The notes: generated by a model not told the origin, from the letters alone. A DNA stretch of 40,897 nt from Vicinamibacteria bacterium (GCA_039932395.1 JBDTQB010000003.1:1-40897), one strand, 5' to 3'; counted from the first letter of the stretch, positions 26,298 to 35,429 are shown. Made by a program: numbers and translations.

Positions 26298-26734
26298 TGC
26301 CCGATCCACCGATCGAGCTCGGGGCCGAGCTTGAGTTTCTAAGCCGACTGTGGGCGCTCGATCATGCGCTCCAGAAGCGGTCGAAGAAGATGCTCGCCAC
26401 GCTGGGCGTCACTGGCCCGCAGCGCCTCGCTCTTCGGCTCATCGGTCGCTTCCCCGGGCTGACCGCGGGGCGCCTTGCTCGCTTGCTTCACCTTCACCCG
26501 AGCACGGTCACGGGCGTGATGCAGCGCCTGGCGGCGAGAGGTTTGATTGTGCGTCGGACCGACGGGCCCGATCGCCGCCGTCTGCTCCTGCAGATCACCC
26601 CGAGCGGTGCCGCTTTGCTGGCGGACAAGTCCGGCACGGTTGAAGAAGCGGTGTATGAGTCGTTGGGATCGCTCACGCACGCGCAGACCTCCGCCCTGTT
26701 CAATGCGCTCGATCTGTTAGCCCGTCGCCTGTAA
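26297..26734 (+). CDS. MarR family transcriptional regulator
   Basis: LGVTGPQ, wHTH LTAGRLARLLHLHPSTVTGVMQRLAARGLIVR, DRR and ITPSG. The ATG overlaps the otsB stop (TGATG). Confidence 0.92.
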   Translation: MPDPPIELGAELEFLSRLWALDHALQKRSKKMLATLGVTGPQRLALRLIGRFPGLTAGRLARLLHLHPSTVTGVMQRLAARGLIVRRTDGPDRRRLLLQITPSGAALLADKSGTVEEAVYESLGSLTHAQTSALFNALDLLARRL

Positions 26735-26752
26735 CATGCCCGTTGTGACGAG

Positions 26753-27388
26753 TTAGTCCGCTCCCGCGGCCCGCCGCGCGCGCGCCCGCCTTCCCGCGCG
26801 GAAGAGCAGCGCGCCGCCCACCACGAAGATGACGACGCCAACGGTTCCAAGCACGCCGGTCACCCGCCCCACAGTGGCGCGCACATCGTCGTAGGCGAGT
26901 CCGAGGGCCGAGCCCGCGATGGTCAGCGCGACGTACCAGAGCAAAGAAGCGAGGGCCGCGGGCAGCAAGGTCCTGAGCGGGGAGAGACCGTTGATCGCGG
27001 CAAAGGGGAGAACGCCCGCGCGAAGACCCGGCAGGAACCGGCTGATGAAGATGCCGAGCGCGCCGTACCGCTCGATCTCGCGTCGCACCACCGGCTGGAT
27101 TTCCGCCGGCAGCAGCGAGCAAAACAGCGGTGATTCCAGCACCGCGCGTCCCTTGGTTCTCACCCAAAAGTAGATCGCGGTGGCGGACGCCTGATTCGCG
27201 AGGAAGCAAAGAAGTCCCACCATGACCGGGGTGGAATGCCCGCTGCGCACCGACCAGAACGCGCCCAGGGCCGCGGCGACGTCGGCGGGCACGGGCGGGA
27301 AAATGTTTTCGAGCGCTGACAACAGCATCAGGATCAGGATCACCGTGAGCGGATCCTGGGCCAGGATGAATTCGAGAAAGGCGTCCAT
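26753..27388 (-). CDS. DedA family membrane protein
   Basis: LENIFPPVPAD and RYGALGIFISRFLPGLR, with several TMs. Confidence 0.9.
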   Translation of the reverse strand: MDAFLEFILAQDPLTVILILMLLSALENIFPPVPADVAAALGAFWSVRSGHSTPVMVGLLCFLANQASATAIYFWVRTKGRAVLESPLFCSLLPAEIQPVVRREIERYGALGIFISRFLPGLRAGVLPFAAINGLSPLRTLLPAALASLLWYVALTIAGSALGLAYDDVRATVGRVTGVLGTVGVVIFVVGGALLFRAGRRARARRAAGAD

Positions 27389-27406
27389 GGTCAGGAGTTC
27401 ACTTCG

Positions 27407-30253
27407 TCAGCTCTTCAGTCCCAGGGCACGATAGACAAGGTGGGCGGCTGAGGCGTAGCTCAGCTTCGTGGCGCGCGTCATGCCGATCTCGCAGGTGCGG
27501 CAGGTTGAGTACGCGGTCTCGCTGCCGGTCATCAAACCACGGACGTCTTCGGCTTCCGCCCGTGTCGCACCTTCCGTGATCTCCGGCTGGACGAAGCCCT
27601 GGTTGCCGGCGAAGCCGCAACAGGCGGCCCGCAGCGGGATCACCGGATCTTCCGAGTGAGCCGCCGCGACCGCCTTGAGATCCTCCACCGCACCGATTTT
27701 CAAGAGGGAACACGTCGGATGAAGAATGGCGCGGCCTTTGAGAATGCCCTTCGGCGCGTCGGGCCGGGACATCACCTCGCGCCGCCAATACTGGACGAAA
27801 TCGAGCACGCGGATACCGGTCTGCCCATATCCGGCGAACTGAAGGGCGCAGGGTGACGCGTCGGTGACCACCACAAGTTCGCCCCCGCGCGTGGCGTCAC
27901 TCAGAGCGGCCTGCGCTGCGCTCATCGAACGCTCGGACGCGTTGACGTGCGACTTGCTCGAGAAGGCGAGGCCGCAGCACAACCCGTCGATATTGTCTGG
28001 AAGGGTGACGCGGCATCCGGCGGCTTCCAGGGAGCGCAGTGTGGCTTCCATGGTGGAGAGTTCGCTCTCGCCGGGCAAGACGCCCACGATGCGCGAAACA
28101 CAGCTTGGGAAGTAGACGACCTCGTGAACGCCGGTTCCCATCGGTTTCGGCGGCGGCGGCGCGGGGAGAGGCAGCGGCGTCCTCGAGTCGATGTGTGGGA
28201 CGAGTGTTGGCGCCAGCGCGTGGAGAAGCGACGCTCCGGCCGCCATCACGCCGCGTGACAAAGCGTTTCCACTTGATGCGGAAGCGCCGAGCGAAAGCCC
28301 CATGCGTGCCGCCTTCGCGGTTGTCGCGAAGTTTCTGGATGCGAAGGCCGCGACACCGCGGCCAAGAATCGACGACTCGGCCTGATCCAGCTCTTTCATC
28401 AAAATGCCCGTGTCGATCTTCACGGGGCAGGCGGTGACGCACATGGAATCACGCACGCAACTGCCGCGCGCCATCGTGGCGTAGTCGCGGGCCAGATCGT
28501 CGGGCATGGTTTCGCCGCGCCGATCGATCTCGCGAATTTCGCGCAGCAGGATGATCCGCTGGCGGGGGGACAAGGTGGTTGAGCGCGTTGGACAGACCGG
28601 CTCACAGAAGCCGCACTCAATGCACCGGTCCGCGGTCGCGCTGATTTCGGTGAAGGGTTTGAGGTTCCTGATGTGCTCGCGGTGATCGTCGCTCAGCAGA
28701 ACGCCGGGGTTGAGAATGCCGTAGGGATCAAACAGCGCCTTGATCTCACGCATGACGGCGTACGCCGAAGCGCCCCACTCGCGCTCCACATACGGCGCCA
28801 TGTTGCGACCGGTCCCATGCTCGGCCTTGAGTGCTCCGTCGTACTTGCCGACCACCAGCTCGGCGACCGCGTCCATGAAGGCGGAGTAGTTCGCGACATT
28901 CGCTTCGCCCCGAAAATCCTGAGGAGCAATGAAGTGGAGGTTGCCGTCGCGCGCATGGCCAAAAACCACCGCGTTGCGGACGTTGAACTGAGCGAAGAGT
29001 GCATGGAGATCGGTGATCGCCTCAGCCAGCCGCTGCCGGGGGAAGGCAACGTCCTCATTGAGGATGGCGGTTCCCGAACCGCGGCGCGCGCCAATCATGG
29101 GGAGAAGGCCCTTGCGCAACTTCCATTTGAGCGCGCGCTGCGTGGGATCGGAAGAGAAGCCGGTGGAGAACGTGCCGTCGAAGCGCGCGATGACGGCAAG
29201 CGCTCGTGCGACGCCCTTGCCGAGTGCGATGTCGTCGTCTTCCTGAAACTCGATGAGGAGTGCGGCGGAGGACTCTGTGATCGCGATGGGATGCGGCAGA
29301 TCGGCCGCCATCGACAGCAGCGACGCACTGTCCATGATCTCGAGTGCCGCCGCACCCGCGTCGGCCAGGGGATCGACCGCGCGTCCGGCTTCGCTCAGGG
29401 CATTGAAATAGACGAGTGCGGTGGCGCGCTTCTTCGGATCGGGCACCGTGTCCAGAACAACGTCGGCGAGAAAGCCCAGCGTGCCCTCGGAGCCAACGAT
29501 CAGATGGGTCAGGATGTCGGCGGGACGCTGATGATCGACGAAGGCGTGGAGCGAATAGCCCATGGTGTTCTTCGTGGCGAATTTCTGCCGGATGCGTCCC
29601 GCGAGTGTCTTGTCGGCCAGAACCTTTGTCCGCAGCTCCGCGAGGCCCGCATGGAGACGCGGATGTTTGTTCTTCAGACGGACGTCCACCTCGTCGCGCG
29701 CGTCGCCGTGCGTGTCGATCACCGAACCATCGGCCAGAACGAACGTCGCGCCGCGAATCGTCTGATAGCTGTTCTGGGTAACGCCGCAACACATGCCCGA
29801 AGCGTTGTTCGCCACGATGCCGCCGATCATCGCGGCTTCGATGGACGCCGGATCGGGACCGATGCGACGGTTCAGCGGCGAGAGAGCTCGGTTTAAAAGC
29901 CCGCCGATCACGCCCGGCTGCGCCCAGACGCGCGCGCCGCCTTCTTCGATGCGGAAACGTCCCCAGTCCAGTGACAGGTCGACCAGAATGCCCGAGCCGA
30001 CCGCCTGTCCGGACAACGACGTGCCCGCGGCGCGGTAGGTGATGGGTTGCTGAAGCGCGCGCGCCACCTCAAGAATCGAGCGCACATCCGATATGTCACG
30101 CGGTCGAACCGCGACCTCGGGAACGATGCGGTACATCGAGGCGTCCGACGCCCGGGCGAGACGATCGATGGGGCGGGCCAGAATCCTCGCCGCAGGCAAG
30201 ACCGCCTGAAGCCGTTTCAGAAGTTCAGGATTCGGAGGTGCGAGGCGAGTCAA
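27407..30253 (-). CDS. FAD- and Fe-S-binding oxidoreductase, NAD-independent D-lactate dehydrogenase type
   Basis: TYRAAGTSLSGQA, GPDPAS, NNASGMCCG, GSEGTLG, GHARDGNLH, KAEHGTGRNM, ferredoxin motif CIECGFCEPVCP, and two CCG domains. Confidence 0.9.
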   Translation of the reverse strand: MTRLAPPNPELLKRLQAVLPAARILARPIDRLARASDASMYRIVPEVAVRPRDISDVRSILEVARALQQPITYRAAGTSLSGQAVGSGILVDLSLDWGRFRIEEGGARVWAQPGVIGGLLNRALSPLNRRIGPDPASIEAAMIGGIVANNASGMCCGVTQNSYQTIRGATFVLADGSVIDTHGDARDEVDVRLKNKHPRLHAGLAELRTKVLADKTLAGRIRQKFATKNTMGYSLHAFVDHQRPADILTHLIVGSEGTLGFLADVVLDTVPDPKKRATALVYFNALSEAGRAVDPLADAGAAALEIMDSASLLSMAADLPHPIAITESSAALLIEFQEDDDIALGKGVARALAVIARFDGTFSTGFSSDPTQRALKWKLRKGLLPMIGARRGSGTAILNEDVAFPRQRLAEAITDLHALFAQFNVRNAVVFGHARDGNLHFIAPQDFRGEANVANYSAFMDAVAELVVGKYDGALKAEHGTGRNMAPYVEREWGASAYAVMREIKALFDPYGILNPGVLLSDDHREHIRNLKPFTEISATADRCIECGFCEPVCPTRSTTLSPRQRIILLREIREIDRRGETMPDDLARDYATMARGSCVRDSMCVTACPVKIDTGILMKELDQAESSILGRGVAAFASRNFATTAKAARMGLSLGASASSGNALSRGVMAAGASLLHALAPTLVPHIDSRTPLPLPAPPPPKPMGTGVHEVVYFPSCVSRIVGVLPGESELSTMEATLRSLEAAGCRVTLPDNIDGLCCGLAFSSKSHVNASERSMSAAQAALSDATRGGELVVVTDASPCALQFAGYGQTGIRVLDFVQYWRREVMSRPDAPKGILKGRAILHPTCSLLKIGAVEDLKAVAAAHSEDPVIPLRAACCGFAGNQGFVQPEITEGATRAEAEDVRGLMTGSETAYSTCRTCEIGMTRATKLSYASAAHLVYRALGLKS

Positions 30254-30301
30254 GTAAAGATGATCTTAGCGATGCGGCCTCTCCCACGTCGTCATCCGTG
30301 A

Positions 30302-31336
30302 TCAATCGCGATGCGTCTCCCACCGCAGGCCCAGGCTCAGCAGACGCTGAATCAACTCGGGATACGTCAGGCCCGCGGCCGCCGCTGATTGCGCGAAGTC
30401 TTCATCAGGCGAAAGCTGGGGATTCGGATTCGCTTCGATCACGTAAGCGCGGCCCTCGGGCGACAAGCGCAGATCGACGCGCGCACAGCCCGACATCATC
30501 AGGATCTTGTAGGAGCGCCGGCAGAGCTCCTGCATGGCTTTCGCGGCGGCTGGTTCCAGATCCGCAGCGCCACTGTCGATCCCGTGTTTCTTCTGATACG
30601 CGAGACTCCACTTGAGACGTTCGGTGGCGATGTGCCGCGTCTCCTCCGGCATCTTCGCGAAGGAGAGTTCCCAAACGGGCAGCGCCTCCGGTCTTCGATT
30701 CCCAAGCACGCCGACGTAGAGCTCACGGCCTTCGATGTACTGCTCGACGAGCGCGTCGGTTCCGATGGATTCGTGGATGAAGGTCACTCGTTCCTGAAGC
30801 TTGGCGTCCGTCTCGACGACGGAGGCTTGAGAGATTCCGATCGAGGCATCGAGAGTCAGCGACTTCACGAAGAGAGGGAAGGTGAGCCGGGTCGGACGTT
30901 TCACTTTGCGACCGCGCGGAACAATCAGGAAGCGTGGAACCGGAATGCGGTGATACGACAGCAACGTCTTGGACAGCGACTTATCGCGCCCCAGCATCAG
31001 GCCACGGGAATTGCAGCCGGTGTACGGCAGCTTGAGCATCTCGAGATAGGCGACCACGTTCGCGTCCCAGGTGGCGACTTCGTCGAAGCCTTCCAGGCAG
31101 TTGAAAGCAATCTGCGGTTTCTCCGCGTCCATGGCCTTGCGGATGACGCCAAGATCGCTGCCCAGAGCGAGCGGGATCGCGGTGTGACCGAGCGAGCGCA
31201 GCGTGGTGATGATGCCGTACTCCATCTTCCATTCGGCCGCCATCACTTCGTCGGGCGTGGCTACCTCGGGCGGGATCAGGCCTTCCTGTACGAGAACGAG
31301 AACACGCAAGGGACGCAGCGCCTTGGTGGCCTTCAT
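30302..31336 (-). CDS. D-Ala-D-Ala-ligase-like ATP-grasp enzyme with atypical substrate loops
   Basis: ATG at 31336 overlaps the upstream TGA. Motifs LPYTGC, DKSLSK, FPLFVK, DASIGIS, VEQYIEGRELYVGVLG, ARVDLR and IEANPNP. Confidence 0.9.
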   Translation of the reverse strand: MKATKALRPLRVLVLVQEGLIPPEVATPDEVMAAEWKMEYGIITTLRSLGHTAIPLALGSDLGVIRKAMDAEKPQIAFNCLEGFDEVATWDANVVAYLEMLKLPYTGCNSRGLMLGRDKSLSKTLLSYHRIPVPRFLIVPRGRKVKRPTRLTFPLFVKSLTLDASIGISQASVVETDAKLQERVTFIHESIGTDALVEQYIEGRELYVGVLGNRRPEALPVWELSFAKMPEETRHIATERLKWSLAYQKKHGIDSGAADLEPAAAKAMQELCRRSYKILMMSGCARVDLRLSPEGRAYVIEANPNPQLSPDEDFAQSAAAAGLTYPELIQRLLSLGLRWETHRD

Positions 31337-32448
31337 AGCGCCACCCTGTGTCGACCGCTGTGGAGATGTTTCATGGTTGCCACCGTCAATAACGTCGTGA
31401 ATTCCAGACGAGCGCGTTCGCGAGGCAGGGTCGAGCGAAGCTCGAGGTGACGACAGCGCGCCGCCATCGCTTCCACCACGGTTTGAATCACGTACTGATA
31501 AGCACCCGTCCAACGCGCCACGGTTCGTTGGGCGTCTTTGCCAAGCTCGCGAATGACCTGCTCCGCATCCACACTGCGCGTGGCGGTCGCCGCCCGGGAA
31601 CTGAACAGGCGCTGCAGGCCGGCATCGTGAAAGGACGGATGCTCGACGCCATAGTGGGCGCGCCGCGCCTCATAGTGTTCGCGCAAGGTCCGCTTCAAAC
31701 CAGAGAGCGGAGTCATGGTGCGCTGCGTCTTCACCAGCGCCTTTCGCCGCGCCACTTCCTTCATCACGCTGTCGACGTACTCGAGCTTGCGCAGGGCCGG
31801 CCAGCCTTTGTATTCCTTGCGCCACTGGGTCTGGGGATCGATCCAGACCGCGAAGGTCTCGGCGAAGTCTTCGTCGGGATGCGCCTGCGCGTACCAGGCG
31901 TCGAGATGAACCACGAAGCGCTTGCTGTAAGGCCTCGGCGTGTAGTGATCCGGATACGGCTCGCTGGTTTTTCCGAACGCCTGCACGCGGCCGGGGCGGC
32001 GTCTCAGGGAGTACGCGTTTTCGATGGCATGTCCGGCTTCGTGACGCAGGATCTGCAGGCACCACTCCGGCGTGCCGCCTTCGACTTCCAGCATCTGCGC
32101 GCGTTCAAGGCGCATCAGCCGCGGATGCGCGAGATAGAACGGGATGGCGATTCCCGGGACGCCGTCAGGGCAGAACCATTCGTCGGAGAGCCAGACATGA
32201 GGACGGAAACGCAGACCGCGCGCCTCCAGGTCGGCGTAGAGAGCTTTGACTCGTCCTTCGAGGGCGGTGCCTTCGATACGCAGGCCGAGGTCGCACATGC
32301 GCGTTTCCAGAAGGCGCTCGTCAGACCACGTCGCCCAATCGGACGGGCGAAGCGCCGTCTTGCGACGTGGTCTTTTAGGTGCGGAAGGCGTCGCCAGCTT
32401 CACCTCTTCAGAGTAAGCGGCCAGGCCCTCCGTCCCAAACCCTTTCAA
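31333..32448 (-). CDS. Putative zinc-binding metallopeptidase (Peptidase_Mx-like)
   Basis: ILRHEAGHA (HExxH) plus YAQAHPDEDFAETFA, then LRKLEYVD. Start uncertain (TTG 32448 or GTG 32403). Confidence 0.87.
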   Translation of the reverse strand: MKGFGTEGLAAYSEEVKLATPSAPKRPRRKTALRPSDWATWSDERLLETRMCDLGLRIEGTALEGRVKALYADLEARGLRFRPHVWLSDEWFCPDGVPGIAIPFYLAHPRLMRLERAQMLEVEGGTPEWCLQILRHEAGHAIENAYSLRRRPGRVQAFGKTSEPYPDHYTPRPYSKRFVVHLDAWYAQAHPDEDFAETFAVWIDPQTQWRKEYKGWPALRKLEYVDSVMKEVARRKALVKTQRTMTPLSGLKRTLREHYEARRAHYGVEHPSFHDAGLQRLFSSRAATATRSVDAEQVIRELGKDAQRTVARWTGAYQYVIQTVVEAMAARCRHLELRSTLPRERARLEFTTLLTVATMKHLHSGRHRVAL

Positions 32449-32473
32449 GGTTTCAACGCAAATTTATTCAGTT

Positions 32474-32719
32474 CGCGTCGTCGCTCCGTTCCGCGCCTCT
32501 GTCGACGGACGCTCCGGCCGAAGCACCCGGACGTTCCCTCCACCTCCGGGGTCCTCGATGCGTTCTCCATGAACGGCGCGGGGGCCCGTGCCCCGCGTTC
32601 GCAGAGGTACCGCTCGGCGCCCCTCCGTTCGGGGAACGGTGCTTCGTCCTGCGCTCGGATGGTGGAACGCTTCGCCACGCGCGGAGATCTTTCGGTTGAT
32701 CTCCAGAGCGCGATCTCTG
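32474..32719. other. Structured intergenic element (nested inverted repeats); possible ncRNA, leader or REP-like repeat
   Basis: Complementary pairs at 32519-26/32639-46, 32532-38/32632-38, 32487-92/32664-69 and 32474-78/32677-81, plus local hairpins at 32571-32600 and 32683-32704. Confidence 0.4.
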
Positions 32720-32726
32720 CGAGTCT

Positions 32727-33848
32727 TTAGTCGCCGAAGGAAATTCCCAGGCCGCGCGCCGACATCATCACGTCGGAGTCGAGGGGCACGCGCTTGGTGC
32801 GGCCGTTGCCGACGGAAGACTTCAAGGGAACGCAGACGATCGTCGGCGGCTTGAGCGCCACCATCGTGCTGAAGTCCTTGTCGCGAACCGCGCGGACCGC
32901 GGCCGCGCCGAAGCGAGTTCCGAGGAGACGATCGAACGTGGTGGGCGTTCCGCCGCGCTGAAGATGGCCCAGGACCAGGCTTCGCGTTTCCTTGCCGGTG
33001 ATTCGCGCGATCTCTTCCGCCACCCACTGGCCGATGCCGCCCAGCCGCGGCGCCTCGCCCTTGTCGAGCGAACGGGTGTGAAGCTGGCCGCCCTTGCTGC
33101 AAGCGCCCTCGGCCACCACCACGATCGAAAAGTAGCCACCACGATGGCCTTTTTCGCGATCACGAATCTTTTCGCAGACCCGCTCCATATCGAACGGGAT
33201 CTCGGGAATGAGGATCACGTCGGCGCCGCCGGCCACTCCCGAATTGAGCGCGATGAATCCGGCGTTTCGGCCCATCAGTTCCACGACCATCACCCGACGG
33301 TGCGCCTGCGCGGTGGGATGAAGTTTGTCGATGGCATCGGTCGCGGTGGCGACCGCACTGTCGAAGCCAAAGGTGACGGACGTGCGCGCGATGTCGTTGT
33401 CGATCGTCTTCGGCACACCGACCAGGGGGATGCCCTTGTTCGCAAGACGAAGCGCGATGCTCAGAGTTCCATCTCCGCCGATAGCGATCAGGGCGCCGAA
33501 GCCCATCGCCTTGAAGTTGCGTACCACCTCGTCGGAGCGATCGGCGGTCTTCACCACGGCTCCGTCCTTCCCGGTATGGGCGACGGGAAACGGACTTACG
33601 CGATTCGAGGTGCCCAGGATGGTGCCGCCGAGATGGAGGATGCCCCGGATGTCGCGAGGGTGGAGTTGATGGGCACGCTTGGTCAGCAACCCTTCGAAGC
33701 CATCCTCGATGCCGAAGACCTCCCAGCCCAGGTCAAAGGCGGTGCGCGCGGCCGCGCGGATGACCGCGTTCAAGCCGGGGCAATCGCCGCCTCCGGTCAG
33801 AAGGGCGATGCGAAATGGCTTTTTCGAACGGGACGGCTTGGGTTTCAT
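32727..33848 (-). CDS. pfkA: 6-phosphofructokinase (group III-like, probably ATP-dependent)
   Basis: LTGGGDCPGLNAVIR, GGTILGTS, IGGDGT, PKTIDND, FGFDSA, VELMGR and LGHLQRGG. Start is ATG 33848, or TTG 33878. Confidence 0.95.
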   Translation of the reverse strand: MKPKPSRSKKPFRIALLTGGGDCPGLNAVIRAAARTAFDLGWEVFGIEDGFEGLLTKRAHQLHPRDIRGILHLGGTILGTSNRVSPFPVAHTGKDGAVVKTADRSDEVVRNFKAMGFGALIAIGGDGTLSIALRLANKGIPLVGVPKTIDNDIARTSVTFGFDSAVATATDAIDKLHPTAQAHRRVMVVELMGRNAGFIALNSGVAGGADVILIPEIPFDMERVCEKIRDREKGHRGGYFSIVVVAEGACSKGGQLHTRSLDKGEAPRLGGIGQWVAEEIARITGKETRSLVLGHLQRGGTPTTFDRLLGTRFGAAAVRAVRDKDFSTMVALKPPTIVCVPLKSSVGNGRTKRVPLDSDVMMSARGLGISFGD

Positions 33849-33944
33849 GATCGATTCACTAGCGTTGGAGCGTTCCACACAGTCTACTTAAAGGGTCGAG
33901 CCGCGGTCTAAGAACCGGACCGATCGCAGCGCCGACCTAAGCTT

Positions 33945-35429
33945 GTGGCAGTCATTCCCAATCCCATGACCCTCAATCAATCCCGCCTGGTCCGCCTCAA
34001 CGACAAGTCCAACCTGAAGACGGGCGACTTCGTTCTCTACTGGATGCAGATGCACCGGCGGTTCACGCATAACCATTCGCTCGACTACGCGATCAAGTGC
34101 GCGAACGAACTGGGCAAGCCGCTGGTGGTCTACGAGGGGCTGCGCCTCGACTACCCGTGGGCGAGCGCGCGGCTGCATCGGTTCATTGTTGAGGGCATGC
34201 GTGACAACGCTGCGACGGCCGCGAAGATGGGCTTCACTTACTGGCCGTACGTTGAGACGGAAGCGCAGCCCGCTCGCGGACTGCTCGCTCGAATCGCGGC
34301 CCGCGCGGTTCTGGTCGTTACCGACGAGTTTCCCTGCTTCATCATTCCCGCCCAGAGCGCCGCGTTCGCCTCCAAGGTGGAATGCCCGGTGATCGCGGTG
34401 GATTCGAACTCGGTGGTTCCTCTTCGTCTGCTTGGCGATGCGCCCTACGCGGCCGCGCACCTGCGGCCCCGCATTCACAAGGCGTTCGCGGAGGCCTTTG
34501 AGCATCGGAGTGCCGCCAGGCCGAAGGCGCCGAAGACGGACGCATCGAAAATCGATCCGGGGTTCAGCCTGGCTCGCTTCGACGACATCGCGAGTCTGAT
34601 CAAGGAGCTTCCGATCGATCAGGCAGTTGTTCCGGTCGAGGCGAAGCCCGGCGGAGCGTCGGCCGCGCGCGCCCAGCTGAAGGCGTTTCTCAAGAAAGGC
34701 CTGCCGATCTATGCCGAAGATCGATCCGATCCCATGCCGCCCTCGGCGTATCACGGCTCCGGTCTCTCGCCGTATCTTCACTTCGGGCACATCGGCATCG
34801 AGGACGTCGTCACGTCCGTGCTCGACTCTGGCGATGCGTCGGCGGGTCTCCATTTTGAGAACAAGGGAAAGCGTGAGGGGTTCTTCGGGCACGATCGCAA
34901 CATCAACTCCTTTCTCGATGAAGCGATGACCTGGCGCGACGTCGGTTACGTCTGGCATCTGCATCGACGCGAGGACGCGAAGTCGCTTCAAACGGCCCTT
35001 CCGAAGTGGGCGATGGCGACACTTCATCTTCATGCGGGCGATCATCGCGAGTTCACCTACAGCCTTGAAGAGTGGGAGAACGCGGCCACGCACGACCCGC
35101 TGTGGAACGCCGCGCAGAAGGAGCTTGTGGCGACGGGTTCGATTCACAACTACATGCGGATGTTGTGGGGCAAGAAGGTGATCGAGTGGTCTCGGTCGCC
35201 GGAAGAGGCCTACGAGACGCTGGTTCATCTCAACAACAAGTACGCCCTCGACGGCCGGAATCCGAACTCCTACACCGGCATCCTTTGGTGTTTTGGTCTC
35301 TTCGACCGGCCGTGGTCTGAACGTAAGGTCCTCGGTCAGCTCCGTTACATGTCGTCCGCGAACACCGCGAAGAAATTCAAGCTCGGTCCGTATCTTGACT
35401 GGGTCGCGACCTTGCCTGTTCTGAGATGA
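33945..35429 (+). CDS. phr: Class II CPD photolyase
   Basis: VLYWMQ..RFTHN, SGLSPYLHFGHIG, THDPLWNAAQ, IHNYMRMLWGKKVIEWS, NNKYALDGRNPNSYTGILW and DRPW.ER.VLG.LRYMS. The start may be ATG 33966. Confidence 0.93.
   Translation: MAVIPNPMTLNQSRLVRLNDKSNLKTGDFVLYWMQMHRRFTHNHSLDYAIKCANELGKPLVVYEGLRLDYPWASARLHRFIVEGMRDNAATAAKMGFTYWPYVETEAQPARGLLARIAARAVLVVTDEFPCFIIPAQSAAFASKVECPVIAVDSNSVVPLRLLGDAPYAAAHLRPRIHKAFAEAFEHRSAARPKAPKTDASKIDPGFSLARFDDIASLIKELPIDQAVVPVEAKPGGASAARAQLKAFLKKGLPIYAEDRSDPMPPSAYHGSGLSPYLHFGHIGIEDVVTSVLDSGDASAGLHFENKGKREGFFGHDRNINSFLDEAMTWRDVGYVWHLHRREDAKSLQTALPKWAMATLHLHAGDHREFTYSLEEWENAATHDPLWNAAQKELVATGSIHNYMRMLWGKKVIEWSRSPEEAYETLVHLNNKYALDGRNPNSYTGILWCFGLFDRPWSERKVLGQLRYMSSANTAKKFKLGPYLDWVATLPVLR

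Noticed and set aside
30302-31336. Calling the ATP-grasp gene ddl or vanA
   Set aside because: The D-Ala-binding N-terminal motif and omega loop are not conserved, and there is no dcw or vanRS context.
32445-32678. 77-aa minus-strand ORF in the pfk-peptidase gap
   Set aside because: Arg-rich with no recognisable motif, and it coincides with the inverted-repeat structure. Its stop does overlap the TTG at 32448, so a leader peptide is not fully excluded.
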